This document shows, piece after piece, positions 17,719-27,361 of a DNA stretch of 32,000 nucleotides. Each line of letters starts with the position of its first letter. Position 1 is the first letter of the stretch. The notes under the pieces are model-generated. The model was given only the letters and a program-made list of their open reading frames with translations, was not told where the DNA came from and did not search any database. Source of the DNA: Propionibacterium ruminifibrarum (GTDB lineage: Bacteria; Actinomycetota; Actinomycetes; Propionibacteriales; Propionibacteriaceae); contig NZ_OMOH01000002.1 in the NCBI RefSeq assembly GCF_900289195.1, positions 301,206-333,205 on the forward strand, given 5' to 3'. Position numbers and translations under genes: made by a program.

Positions 17719-19272
17719 TCAGTGGAAGAAGTGTCGGTTACCGGTGAGGTACATCGTGACGCCGGCCTGCTGCGCGGCCTCGATCGTCTGGTCGTCACGG
17801 ATCGAGCCGCCGGGCTGCACGATGGCGCGAACGCCGGCATCGATGAGGATCGCCGGGCCGTCGCTGAACGGGAAGAACGCGTCCGAGGCCGCCACCGCGC
17901 CCGCCGCGCGCCCCGCGGAGCGTTCGACGGCCAGGCGGCAGGAGTCGACACGGTTGACCTGCCCCATGCCGATGCCGACGGAGGCGCCGTCACGGGCGAG
18001 CAGGATGGCGTTGGACTTGACCGATCGGCACGCCTTCCAGGCGAAGAGCAGGTCGGCCAGGGTGGCCTCGTCCGCCGGGTCACCGGCCACGAGCCGCCAC
18101 CCGGCGATCTCGTCGCCCGGGGCGTCCAGCCGGTCCGGCTCGCTGAGGAGGAGGCCGCCGGAGACCTCACGCCACATGTACGGGTCCGGGCGGTAGTCCT
18201 CGGCCTTGAGGATGCGCAGGTTCTTCTTGGTCTGCAGGAGTTCCAGGGCGGCCGGATCGTAGTCGGGTGCGACGATGACCTCGGTGAAGATCTCCTTCAC
18301 CGCTTGGGCCATCTCCAGGCTGACGGGGCGGTTTGCCGCGATGACACCGCCGAAGGCCGACAGCGAATCGCAGGCGTGGGCCTTGCGGTGGGCCTCGGCC
18401 ACATCGGCGCCGACGGCGATGCCGCACGGGTTGGCGTGCTTGATGATCGCCACGGCCGGCTCGTCGAAGTCGTAGGCGGCGCGGCGGGCGGCGTCGGTGT
18501 CGGTGTAGTTGTTGTAACTCATGGCCTTGCCGCCGAGCAGTTCGGCGCCCACCAGGCCGGCGCCGGCGGTCGCGTAGACGGCGGCCCGCTGGTGCGAGTT
18601 CTCGCCGTAGCGCAGGTCACGGACCTTGGTTGCGGCGAGACCGGTGAAGGAGGGCATGCCCTCGTCGGTGGTCTGCTCGGCCAGCCAGCTCGCGACGGCC
18701 GTGTCATAGGCGGCGGTGTGGGCGAAGGCCCGTGCCGCCAGGGCGCGACGCTGGGCGAGGGTGAAGCCGCCATCGGCCAGGGCCTGGATGAGCTGGGGGT
18801 ACTGGTCCGGGCTGGTGACGATCGCCACCGACGGATGATTCTTGGCCGCTGCGCGAACCATCGAAGGACCCCCGATGTCGATCTGCTCGATGCAGGCGTC
18901 CGCGTCGGCGCCGGAGGCGACGGTCTGGGTGAACGGGTAGAGGTTCGACACGACCAGGTCGAAGGGCTCGACGCCGAGTTCACGAAGCTCGTCGCGGTGC
19001 GCCTGGAGGCGCCGGTCCGCGAGGATGCCGGCGTGGATCATCGGGTGGAGGGTCTTGACCCGGCCGTCGAGGCACTCGGGGAATCCGGTGACCTGCTCGA
19101 CCGGGGTGACGTCGAGACCGGCGTCGGCGAGCCTGGCGGCGGTCGACCCGGTGGAGACGATCTCGACGCCCGCCGCGGCCAGGGCCTGGCCGAGCGGGAC
19201 GAGCCCGGTCTTGTCGTAGACGCTGACCAGTGCGCGCCGGATCTGGGTGCGGGTTGTGTCCTCGCTCATCAT
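17719..19272 (-). CDS. purH: Bifunctional AICAR transformylase/IMP cyclohydrolase
   Basis: Signatures are [25 protein letters not shown] and a C-terminus ending TGNRHFFH. The start overlaps the purN stop codon (ATGA). Confidence 0.98.
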   Translation of the reverse strand: MMSEDTTRTQIRRALVSVYDKTGLVPLGQALAAAGVEIVSTGSTAARLADAGLDVTPVEQVTGFPECLDGRVKTLHPMIHAGILADRRLQAHRDELRELGVEPFDLVVSNLYPFTQTVASGADADACIEQIDIGGPSMVRAAAKNHPSVAIVTSPDQYPQLIQALADGGFTLAQRRALAARAFAHTAAYDTAVASWLAEQTTDEGMPSFTGLAATKVRDLRYGENSHQRAAVYATAGAGLVGAELLGGKAMSYNNYTDTDAARRAAYDFDEPAVAIIKHANPCGIAVGADVAEAHRKAHACDSLSAFGGVIAANRPVSLEMAQAVKEIFTEVIVAPDYDPAALELLQTKKNLRILKAEDYRPDPYMWREVSGGLLLSEPDRLDAPGDEIAGWRLVAGDPADEATLADLLFAWKACRSVKSNAILLARDGASVGIGMGQVNRVDSCRLAVERSAGRAAGAVAASDAFFPFSDGPAILIDAGVRAIVQPGGSIRDDQTIEAAQQAGVTMYLTGNRHFFH

Positions 19273-19892
19273 GTGCCCTTTCTCGTGGCGGGCTGCCGCC
19301 CCGCCGTGTGCCGGGCCGCCAACTCGTTGACGGTCTTGACCAGCAAGGTGCGTTCTGACACCTTGATTCGCTCGTGCAGTGTCGGCTCGTCGTCTCCGGG
19401 GAGGATCTCGACGGGAACCTGGGCGATCATCTGCCCCGTGTCGACGCCCTCGTCGACCCAGAAGATGGAGCAGCCGGTGCTCGTCGCCCCCGCCTCGAGG
19501 GCGTCACGGACGGCATGGGCTCCGGGGAATGCGGGGAGCAGTGAGGGGTGCGAGTTGATCATGCAGCCGCCGAACCGACTCGTGAACGGTGCACCGAGGA
19601 TCTTCATGAAACCGGCCAGGACGACGAGATCGGGCCGGTACTCGGCCACGGCGTCGGCGAATGCCCGGTCCCAGGCCTCGCGTTCGACCGAACCCCGGGC
19701 GAGGAGCCTCGGCATGGGCACGGTGAAGGTGGGCACGCCCGCCTTGCGGGCGCGCTCCATGCCGGTGCAGCTGCCATTCTCCGAACCGACTGCCACGACG
19801 TGGGCCTCCAGACGGCCCTGCGACTGTGCGTCGAGAAGGGCCTGCAGGAGCGTGCCGGAGCCGGAGACGAGGACGACGACGCGATAGGCCAC
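19269..19892 (-). CDS. purN: Phosphoribosylglycinamide formyltransferase
   Basis: Signatures are [40 protein letters not shown] and [15 protein letters not shown]. The start codon is GTG. Confidence 0.95.
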   Translation of the reverse strand: MAYRVVVLVSGSGTLLQALLDAQSQGRLEAHVVAVGSENGSCTGMERARKAGVPTFTVPMPRLLARGSVEREAWDRAFADAVAEYRPDLVVLAGFMKILGAPFTSRFGGCMINSHPSLLPAFPGAHAVRDALEAGATSTGCSIFWVDEGVDTGQMIAQVPVEILPGDDEPTLHERIKVSERTLLVKTVNELAARHTAGRQPATRKGT

Positions 19893-19901
19893 GGCGTCAG
19901 T

Positions 19902-21185
19902 CTAGCCCGCGGCGGTCCGACCGGCGGTGCCCCGACCCCGGCGGCAGGCCGTGAGGAAGCCCCCGAGCATGCCGCCGGCCCCGAGGACGGTGGGCGCCAG
20001 GACGAGCAGCCGCCCCAGCTCCGGCCCCATGACGGCGAGGCGCTGGGTACCGAGCCCGCCGTGGGAGAACTGGGCGAGCAGGCACAGCAGCAGACCCGAG
20101 AGGACGCCGACGACGAGTCCGTACAGGGCTCCTTCGTCCGCACCCGGGTCGCGTTCGGGCAGCGCCCGGCGGGCCTCGTCCCGGCGGGCTCGCACGCAGA
20201 TGCAGGCGCCGAGGGCCCCTGAGGCCGCGGCGAGCAGGAGCCAGCAGGCGATCGTGACGGGCCGGGCGTCCTCGGTGGCCATGGCGGCCAGGAGCGGTAT
20301 CGAGGGGAGATTCCCGGTCGTTGAGCCGAGCGGGGCGATGAACGCGCCCTGTCCGAGCGAGAAGCCCGCACCGAGCACCCACGAGCAGGACCAGATGACC
20401 ATCGACGGCACCCAGAGCATCTGGAGTACCGCGAGCAGCACCGAGCCCGGCCCGCCGGCATCGAGCAGCTCGTGCACGCCGGTGATGGTTGGGCCTGCGG
20501 TGACCAGGACGACAGCGAGCCTCGCGCATCCGACCAGGACGATTCCGCAGAGTCCGGCGGTCGCCCCGGCGAGGACACCGGTCGACCAGCCGCCCTGGCT
20601 GAGGCTGACGGGCTCCCAGCCCAGGGCCCTTCCGGAGGCGAACAGCGAGCAGAGACCGCCGATGAGCATCCCGCTGATGAAGGCGCGGCCGGTCTCGTCG
20701 GGCTGGCCGGCGAGGACCGTCACGGCGATGAGGATGAGGGCGTACGAGCAGCCGGACCACAGGGCCAGCCGGCATGACAGGGAGCGCAGGTCCGACTGCC
20801 GACGCCCCCGGACTGGACCCTCGATGAGTTCGTCGGCGGTGCGGCGGGCGATGGTGCGGGACAGCCTGCCGACCATGAGCACGATGACCGCCGTGAACCC
20901 CAGCGGGACGAGGTGGAACACGCCGCCGTCGGGATGCGCCGGCACGCCGTTGGCGAGCAGCCAGGCGCGGGCCGAGGCCACGAGGACGGCACCGAACCCG
21001 GCCTGTGGCCTGGCGATCCAGCCGAGACAGCAGACGACGAGGACGGGCAGCCAGCTGATGAAGGCGACGCCGAGCGAGGCGACGATGATGGCACTGCGCC
21101 AGGACAGCCCCGCGAGAAGGGCCCTGGCTCCCCGGCGGCGGGCATCCGCGGGGCCCTCGCCCTGATCCTCGACGACGGATGACAT
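19902..21185 (-). CDS. Polytopic integral membrane protein, PerM-like (DUF6350-type)
   Basis: The protein has ~10 hydrophobic segments. It sits immediately upstream of purN-purH, which is the position of perM (Rv0955) in M. tuberculosis as I recall it. I chose the start ATG at 21185 (MSSVVEDQGEG). Confidence 0.65.
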   Translation of the reverse strand: MSSVVEDQGEGPADARRRGARALLAGLSWRSAIIVASLGVAFISWLPVLVVCCLGWIARPQAGFGAVLVASARAWLLANGVPAHPDGGVFHLVPLGFTAVIVLMVGRLSRTIARRTADELIEGPVRGRRQSDLRSLSCRLALWSGCSYALILIAVTVLAGQPDETGRAFISGMLIGGLCSLFASGRALGWEPVSLSQGGWSTGVLAGATAGLCGIVLVGCARLAVVLVTAGPTITGVHELLDAGGPGSVLLAVLQMLWVPSMVIWSCSWVLGAGFSLGQGAFIAPLGSTTGNLPSIPLLAAMATEDARPVTIACWLLLAAASGALGACICVRARRDEARRALPERDPGADEGALYGLVVGVLSGLLLCLLAQFSHGGLGTQRLAVMGPELGRLLVLAPTVLGAGGMLGGFLTACRRGRGTAGRTAAG

Positions 21186-21275
21186 CGCACCTCCCCTTGA
21201 TCGGTCCCGACGATACCGAACCGGGCATGCGCGACCTGCCAGGAGCACGGGCGCGCGGTGACCGGCCCGCTCCGC

Positions 21276-23744
21276 TCAGAGTTTCTCGAGGGGGGCGAAC
21301 CTCAGGGCCAGCCGTTTGATGCCGCTCGATCCGAAGTCGACGTCTGCCTTGGCGTCGTCGCCGCTGCCACTCGCCGCGACGACCGTGCCGAGCCCGAAAC
21401 TCGTGTGCAGCACGCGGTCTCCGACCTCCAGCGAGACGACCCGGGGCGTCCTGGGCATCCGACCCGTACCCGAGCCGAACGCCGTGGCAGTGTCGTCCCG
21501 ATGGCCCGACGAGGACGCACCGCGGCGCAGGGATCCGGTCCGGGCACCGGCACGGATCGCCCAGGTGTCCAGTTCGGCGCCGGTGCGCTGCCAGTCGATG
21601 AGGTCGGCGGGGATCTCCTCGAGGAAACGGCTGGCCGGGTTGTACTGCGGGGCCCCCCACGCGGAGCGGACGGCCGCGCGTGAGCAGTACAGGCGGCGCC
21701 GGGCACGGGTGATGCCCACGTAGCTCAGGCGGCGCTCCTCGGCGAGGTCGGCCTGGCTGGCCAGGGTCCGAAGATGCGGGAAGACACCGTCCTCCATGCC
21801 GGTGAGGAAGACGTTGTCGAACTCCAGGCCCTTCGCGGTGTGCAGGGTCATGAGGGTGACCAGGCCCGGGGAGTCGGGGTCGGCATCGGGGATCTGGTCG
21901 GAGTCGGCGACCAGGGCGATGCGTTCCAGGAAGGCGCCGAGCGAGTCGTCGCCGTCCAGCACCTGGGCGTCCAGCGCCTCGTCGTCGCCGGCGGCCCGGT
22001 CGGCCTGCAGGTCCACGACGTGGGCCTGGGAGACGAACTCCTGGGCGACCGCCACGAGCTCGACGAGGTTCTCCACTCGGGTCTCGTCCTGCGGGTCCTT
22101 CGACGCCTTCAGTTCGTCGAGCATCCCGGAGTCCTTCAGGACGGCGGCCAGGACCTGGTCGGCCGGGGCCCCCTTGTCGACGAGGCCGCGGAACCCGCTC
22201 ATCAGCTCGCCGAAGGCCCTGACCTGCTTGAGCGAGCGGGCGGCGATGCCGGGCACCTCGTCGGCACGGTCGACCGCCTCGGCGAAGCTGATCTGCTCGT
22301 TCGCCGCGAAGACCTCCAGGGCGGCCTCGGTGCGTGCCCCGAGGCCGCGTTTGGGGACGTTCAGGATGCGACGCACCGAGACGTCGTCGGCGCGGTTGGC
22401 GATGGCCCGCAGATAGCTGAGGGCATCGCGCACCTCGCGCCGCTCGTAGAAGCGCACACCCCCGACCACGCGGTACGGCAAACCGAGGCGGATGAAGACC
22501 TCCTCGAACGGGCGGGACTGGGCGTTGGTGCGGTAGAAGACGGCCGTGTCGGAATACCGGCAGCCCTCCTCGTCGTGCAGCCGGTCGATCTCATCGGCGA
22601 CCCAGCGCGCCTCGTCGTGCTCGGTGTCGGCGACGTAGCCGATGATGTGCTCACCGCCGGGCACGTTGCTCCACAGCTTCTTGGCGGGCCGGTCCGGGTT
22701 GTTACTGATGACCGCGTTGGCCGCCGAGAGGATCGTCTGGGTGCTGCGGTAGTTCTGTTCCAGCAGGATCGTCCGGGCCCCGGGGAAGTCGTGCTCGAAG
22801 TCGAGGATGTTGCGCACGTCGGCGCCCCGGAAGGCGTAGATCGACTGGTCGGAGTCGCCCACGACCATGAGTTCGGGCGGTGGCATCGTGGGGGCCCCGG
22901 GCAGCGGATCGATTGGTGAGCACAGCTCACGGATGAGCATGTACTGGGCATGGTTGGTGTCCTGGTACTCGTCGACGAGCACCTGGCGGAAGCGGCGCCG
23001 GTACTTCTCGCGGATGTCCGGGTGGGACTGGAAGAGCCTGACCGTCATCATGATGAGGTCGTCGAAGTCCATCGCGTTCGCGGCGCGCAGGCGCCGGTCG
23101 TACTCCGCGTAGGCGCGCGCGTAGAGCTCGTCGTTGCCGCTGGTCGAGGCGGCGAGCGCCTCGTCCGGTCCGCGCAGTTCGTTCTTGGCGTTCGAGACCC
23201 AGCCGAGCACGGTCCGGGGCGGGAACTTCTTGGCGTCGATGTTCTCGTCGCGCAGGACGAGGGTCATGAGCCGGCGGGCGTCGGTGTCGTCGTAGATCGA
23301 GAAATTGGGGCGCAGGCCGAACTCGGGGGCCTCGCCCAGCTCGGACCGCAGGATGCGGACGCAGGCCGAGTGGAAGGTGGAGACCCACATCGCGCGGGCG
23401 CGCCGCCCGACGAGCCCGCTGACGCGGGCGCGCATCTCGGCGGCCGCCTTGTTGGTGAAGGTGATCGCCAGGACCGAGCCCGGGTGCACGCCGCGCTGGG
23501 AGATGAGATGGGCGATGCGCCGGGTCAGGACGCGTGTCTTGCCCGAACCTGCCCCGGCCACGACGAGGACGGGCGCGCCGGTGTGGACGACGGCCTCGCG
23601 CTGGGGGTCGTTCAGGCCATCGAGCAGCCGATCGGCGTCCGCCAAGGCGGCGGCGCCGGAGGCTGCCGGCGCCGGGGATTCGTCGGCACGGGCGAGGCCG
23701 GCGGCGAAGGCGGCGAACAGGTCGGGCGAGGCATCTTCAGTCAT
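21276..23744 (-). CDS. pcrA: ATP-dependent DNA helicase PcrA/UvrD (SF1A)
   Basis: Helicase motifs are LVVAGAGSGKT (Walker A), VLAITFTNKAA, VLVDEYQDTN, VGDSDQSIYAFRGA, TLHTAKGLEF and YVGITRAR. A C-terminal Tudor-like tail is present (VGDRVLHTSFGLGTVV). Confidence 0.95.
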   Translation of the reverse strand: MTEDASPDLFAAFAAGLARADESPAPAASGAAALADADRLLDGLNDPQREAVVHTGAPVLVVAGAGSGKTRVLTRRIAHLISQRGVHPGSVLAITFTNKAAAEMRARVSGLVGRRARAMWVSTFHSACVRILRSELGEAPEFGLRPNFSIYDDTDARRLMTLVLRDENIDAKKFPPRTVLGWVSNAKNELRGPDEALAASTSGNDELYARAYAEYDRRLRAANAMDFDDLIMMTVRLFQSHPDIREKYRRRFRQVLVDEYQDTNHAQYMLIRELCSPIDPLPGAPTMPPPELMVVGDSDQSIYAFRGADVRNILDFEHDFPGARTILLEQNYRSTQTILSAANAVISNNPDRPAKKLWSNVPGGEHIIGYVADTEHDEARWVADEIDRLHDEEGCRYSDTAVFYRTNAQSRPFEEVFIRLGLPYRVVGGVRFYERREVRDALSYLRAIANRADDVSVRRILNVPKRGLGARTEAALEVFAANEQISFAEAVDRADEVPGIAARSLKQVRAFGELMSGFRGLVDKGAPADQVLAAVLKDSGMLDELKASKDPQDETRVENLVELVAVAQEFVSQAHVVDLQADRAAGDDEALDAQVLDGDDSLGAFLERIALVADSDQIPDADPDSPGLVTLMTLHTAKGLEFDNVFLTGMEDGVFPHLRTLASQADLAEERRLSYVGITRARRRLYCSRAAVRSAWGAPQYNPASRFLEEIPADLIDWQRTGAELDTWAIRAGARTGSLRRGASSSGHRDDTATAFGSGTGRMPRTPRVVSLEVGDRVLHTSFGLGTVVAASGSGDDAKADVDFGSSGIKRLALRFAPLEKL

Positions 23745-23860
23745 GGCGTGTCAATGGTAGGCGCACCCGCCCCACCGACGCCGGGCCCGGTGGCTCGCAC
23801 GTGATCGTCGGCACCGGCACTCCCCCGCGCGTTCCGGGCGGCGGCGCCCGGCTCTGCCCC

Positions 23861-23866
23861 TAGAAT
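23861..23866 (+). promoter_or_regulatory. -10 box TAGAAT positioned for a leaderless cls transcript
   Basis: TAGAAT is followed by 7 nt (CGTCGGC) and then the ATG at 23874. No Shine-Dalgarno sequence is present. Confidence 0.45.
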
Positions 23867-23873
23867 CGTCGGC

Positions 23874-25130
23874 ATGCCCCTGATCCCTCGCCGTGTGAAG
23901 CGCATCATCGGCACCACTGCGATATCGGTCTTCGCCGCCCAGGTCACCGCGGCCGCAGCCGTCATGGTCAACGACCACCTGCGCAAGCGCCGCAAGGGCC
24001 CGCCCGAGTTCCCGCACCACCCGGTGACGGAGGCCACCGCTCGCCGCAACGAGGTGACGGTCTACTCGTTCGGCGAGGATCTCTACTCGGACATGCTCGC
24101 CGCCATCGACGCCGCCACCGAGCGCATCTACTTCGAGACCTTCATCTGGAAGGGCGACGAGATGGGCCGGCTCTTCAAGCAGGCACTCATCCGGGCCGCC
24201 GAGCGGGGCGTCGAGGTCTACGTCGTCTACGACACCTTCGCGAACATGGTCGTCGACCCGCGCTTCTTCGAACTGCCGAAGTCGGTGCACGTCAAGACGC
24301 ACCCGCTGGTCCAGTCGGCCGCCTTCTGGAACCTGCGTTACTCGGGCCGCGACCATCGCAAGCTCCTCGTCGTCGACGGCGAGGTGGCCTTCATGGGCGG
24401 CTACAACATCGGCTCGCTGTACGCCGACTCCTGGCGCGACACGCACGGACGTTTCGTCGGCCCGTGCGTCACCGAGTTCGAGAACGCGTTCATCGACTAC
24501 TGGAACATGCGTCCGGTGCACCTGTTCTGGTGGCGCCCCTCCTCGCGCGTCGAGCTGCCCGAGACGACCGACCGCGACTGGGGCGGCCCGATCACCCTGC
24601 AGCGCAATGTGCCGCGCTGGTCGGTCTACCCGATCCGCAACATGTACCTGGAGGCCATCGACCGGGCCCGGAAGAACATCTGGCTGACGACCGCCTATCT
24701 GATCCCGGACGACGACTTCCGGACGGCCCTGGGGCGCGCCGCGAAGCGCGGCGTCGACGTGCGGATCATCGTCCCCGCCGAGTCGAATCACATCCTCACC
24801 GACTGGCTGAGCCGCGGCTTCTACTCCGGCATGCTGCGCGACGGCATCCGCCTGTTCCTCTTCCAGAACGCCATGGTGCACGCGAAGACGGCGACGATCG
24901 ACGGGCAGTGGTCGACGATCGGCACCGCAAACCTCGATCGTCTCTCACTGGTGGGCAACTACGAGATCAACGCCGAGATCATCTCGCCGGCCGTCGCCGC
25001 CGCGTTGGAAGAGGTCTTCGTCACCGATCTGACGAACTGCCGGGAGATCGACCTGGAGAGCTGGGAGCGGCGCAGCCCGGTCGCCAAGTTCACCGAGGGG
25101 CTGCTGGCCCCTTGGCGTCCGTTCTTCTGA
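23874..25130 (+). CDS. cls: Cardiolipin synthase / phospholipase D family protein
   Basis: Two HKD motifs are present: DHRKLLVVDGEVAFMGGYN and VHAKTATIDGQWSTIGTANLD. The N-terminus has a TM helix. Confidence 0.9.
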   Translation: MPLIPRRVKRIIGTTAISVFAAQVTAAAAVMVNDHLRKRRKGPPEFPHHPVTEATARRNEVTVYSFGEDLYSDMLAAIDAATERIYFETFIWKGDEMGRLFKQALIRAAERGVEVYVVYDTFANMVVDPRFFELPKSVHVKTHPLVQSAAFWNLRYSGRDHRKLLVVDGEVAFMGGYNIGSLYADSWRDTHGRFVGPCVTEFENAFIDYWNMRPVHLFWWRPSSRVELPETTDRDWGGPITLQRNVPRWSVYPIRNMYLEAIDRARKNIWLTTAYLIPDDDFRTALGRAAKRGVDVRIIVPAESNHILTDWLSRGFYSGMLRDGIRLFLFQNAMVHAKTATIDGQWSTIGTANLDRLSLVGNYEINAEIISPAVAAALEEVFVTDLTNCREIDLESWERRSPVAKFTEGLLAPWRPFF

Positions 25131-25151
25131 CCGGATCCGCGGCGAACCCGT

Positions 25152-25853
25152 TCAGACCAGCTTGCGGTCGGTGGCCCACTTCGTCAGCTCGTGGCGGTTC
25201 GACAGCTGGAGCTTGCGCAGCACGCTCGACACGTGCGTCTCGACCGTCTTGATCGAGATGAACAGCTCCTTGGCGACCTCCTTGTAGGTGTAGCCGCGCG
25301 CGATGAGCTTCATGACCTCGCGCTCACGCTGGCTGAGCCGGTCGAGGTCCTCGTCGACGCTGGCGACCGAGATGGACCCGGAGAAGGCGTCCAGGACGAA
25401 CCCGGCCAGGCGGGGGCTGAACACCGCGTCACCGGTGGCGACGCGGCTGATGGCGTCGACCAGGTCGTCGGTGCTGATGGATTTGGTGACGTAGCCGCGG
25501 GCCCCGGCCCGGATGACCCCGATGACGTCCTCCGCCGCGTCGGAGACCGACAGGGCCAGGAAGGTGATCTCCGGCTCGCTCCTGTGCACCCGCGTCACGA
25601 CCTCGGCGCCGCCGCCGCCGGGCAGGTGGACGTCGAGCAGGACGACGTCGGGTTTCGTGTCGAGGATGACGCTGACGGCGCTCGACACGTCCTCGCCCTC
25701 GCCGACGACGTCGACCCGGTCGGGCGCCGAGCTGGTGAGCTCGTGGCGCACGCCCGCACGGAAGATGGCGTGGTCATCCACGAGGACGACCCGCCAGGGG
25801 CCCTCGTGCTCGGGCTGGTCGGGGCCCACGAGGGCCTGCGGGACATTGGTCAT
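25152..25853 (-). CDS. NarL/LuxR-family response regulator
   Basis: The receiver domain contains VVLVDDHAIFR and DVVLLDVHLPGGGG. The LuxR HTH is LSQREREVMKLIARGYTYKEVAKELFISIKTVETHVSSVLRKL. The start overlaps the kinase stop codon (ATGA). Confidence 0.93.
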   Translation of the reverse strand: MTNVPQALVGPDQPEHEGPWRVVLVDDHAIFRAGVRHELTSSAPDRVDVVGEGEDVSSAVSVILDTKPDVVLLDVHLPGGGGAEVVTRVHRSEPEITFLALSVSDAAEDVIGVIRAGARGYVTKSISTDDLVDAISRVATGDAVFSPRLAGFVLDAFSGSISVASVDEDLDRLSQREREVMKLIARGYTYKEVAKELFISIKTVETHVSSVLRKLQLSNRHELTKWATDRKLV

Positions 25854-27175
25854 CGGGTCATCTCCAGTCTCACTTCGGTGCCTTCACCAGGGGCCGTACG
25901 GATGACCGCCCGGCCGCCGTAGCGTTCCATGCGTTCAATGATCGATCTTTTCACACCCATGCGGTCATCACCGATCTGGTTCGGATCGAAACCCCTGCCC
26001 CGGTCGCGAATGAACACCTCGACGAGTTCGGGGCCGACCTCGGCGTAGACGTCGATCTTGGCCGCCCCGGAGTGCTTCGAGGCATTCATCATGGCCTCCC
26101 GGGCCGCGCGCAGCATGGCCTCGAGTCCCGGGGTGTTCTCCGCGTCGCCGACGCAGACCACCTCGATGGGTACGCCGAGTTCGTCCTCGACCGCGGCGCC
26201 CGCCTCGACGAGGGCGGCCTTGACGGTCTCGGGGCCGGGCTGCTCGCCGTACAACCAGGCGCGCAGCTCGCGTTCCTGGCGGCGGGCCAGTGAGGCGACG
26301 GCCTTCGGGTCATTCGCCTGGCGCTGGATGAGGGCGAGCGTCTGCAGGACCGAGTCGTGCAGGTGAGCGGCCATGTCGGCCCTGGCGTCCGAGACGATCT
26401 TCGCCTCCCGAGCGGCCGCGAGGTTGTTGCGCATCCGGTTCACCGCGGGTGCCGCGACGACGCCGAAACCGATGAGGGTCAGTGCCGCGACGGCCAGCAT
26501 GGACGGCAGATAGGGCTGGCCCACCTGGCTGTAGGCGAGCAGCGAGATGGCCGCGCCGAGCAGGATCAGGGCCAGGCCCATGCGCACGAGCAGGGCCCAG
26601 CGCTCCTGGCTGACGAGCGGGGCCAGCCAGCGCGGGGTGCGGTAGTCCTCCTCGGTCTGCTCGGGCGACTCGGCCTGTCGCCAGACCAGGGCGACCCCCA
26701 GGCAGGCCAGGATGATCGGCCAGAAGAATTCCCCGCCGGTGTTGACGTTCGCCATGCGCACGAGCATGAGCACGCCGGTGCACAGCACCAGAACCGCCAG
26801 GGCGCCGCCGGTGTTCGCGGTGCGGGTCGTCCGTGACGGGCGCCTCATGTCGGCGCGGCGGGCCATCTCCAGCCCGGGCGCCTCGTGTTCCGGGGCCTTG
26901 GCGGGGATCATCAGCCAGGCCAGTCCGTAGAAGATGATGCCGAGGTAGTCCGCGCCCACGAGCAGGACGAAGCACACCCGCACGATCCACACCGGCCAGC
27001 CGAGGTGGGCGGCGACGCCGGCGCACACGCCGCCGAACCATCGCTGGTCCAGCGGGCGGCGCAGCCTCGGGCGCTCCGGTCGCCGGCCGGGGGCCGGATC
27101 ATCGGCGGCCCTGGCCGGTCCGAGGTCGCGTGGGTGCGGGGTGGGGCCACCGGCAGCGGCGCGAACGGGCTCCAT
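25850..27175 (-). CDS. PspC-domain sensor histidine kinase (HisKA_3/LiaS-like)
   Basis: The N-terminal PspC motif is LRRPLDQRWFGGVCAGVAAHLGWPVWIVRVCFVLL. Several TM helices follow. The H-box is MAAHLHDSVLQTLALIQ. The HATPase_c domain contains MNASKHSGA and DRGRGFD. I chose the start ATG at 27175; the remainder of the 865-aa track ORF is antisense to the divergent PspC gene. Confidence 0.88.
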   Translation of the reverse strand: MEPVRAAAGGPTPHPRDLGPARAADDPAPGRRPERPRLRRPLDQRWFGGVCAGVAAHLGWPVWIVRVCFVLLVGADYLGIIFYGLAWLMIPAKAPEHEAPGLEMARRADMRRPSRTTRTANTGGALAVLVLCTGVLMLVRMANVNTGGEFFWPIILACLGVALVWRQAESPEQTEEDYRTPRWLAPLVSQERWALLVRMGLALILLGAAISLLAYSQVGQPYLPSMLAVAALTLIGFGVVAAPAVNRMRNNLAAAREAKIVSDARADMAAHLHDSVLQTLALIQRQANDPKAVASLARRQERELRAWLYGEQPGPETVKAALVEAGAAVEDELGVPIEVVCVGDAENTPGLEAMLRAAREAMMNASKHSGAAKIDVYAEVGPELVEVFIRDRGRGFDPNQIGDDRMGVKRSIIERMERYGGRAVIRTAPGEGTEVRLEMTR

Positions 27176-27361
27176 GGCGCCCGCCGCCTGCTGCCCGCTG
27201 AAGGGCCCCTCCGGATTCCTCACGCCACAATTTTTGCGCACCGCTGGGCCCGGTGGAAACGGTGCCGCCCTCGGATGCGACGAGAGGACGACCCGGGTCT
27301 GGGGGCTTTTCAGGGGTCCCCGGCATGGGTGGGGGCGGGGGCGTGCACGACACTTGAACGC

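Noticed and set aside
17696-21275. Searched for a ZTP (pfl) riboswitch upstream of folD, purH, purN and the perM-like gene, since this riboswitch often controls these genes in Actinobacteria.
   Set aside because: The spacers upstream of purN, purH and folD are only -4 to 23 nt. The 21186-21275 spacer lacks the conserved CCGCCTGGGC-type pseudoknot element. The only CGCCTGGGG string (near 5951) is inside a CDS.
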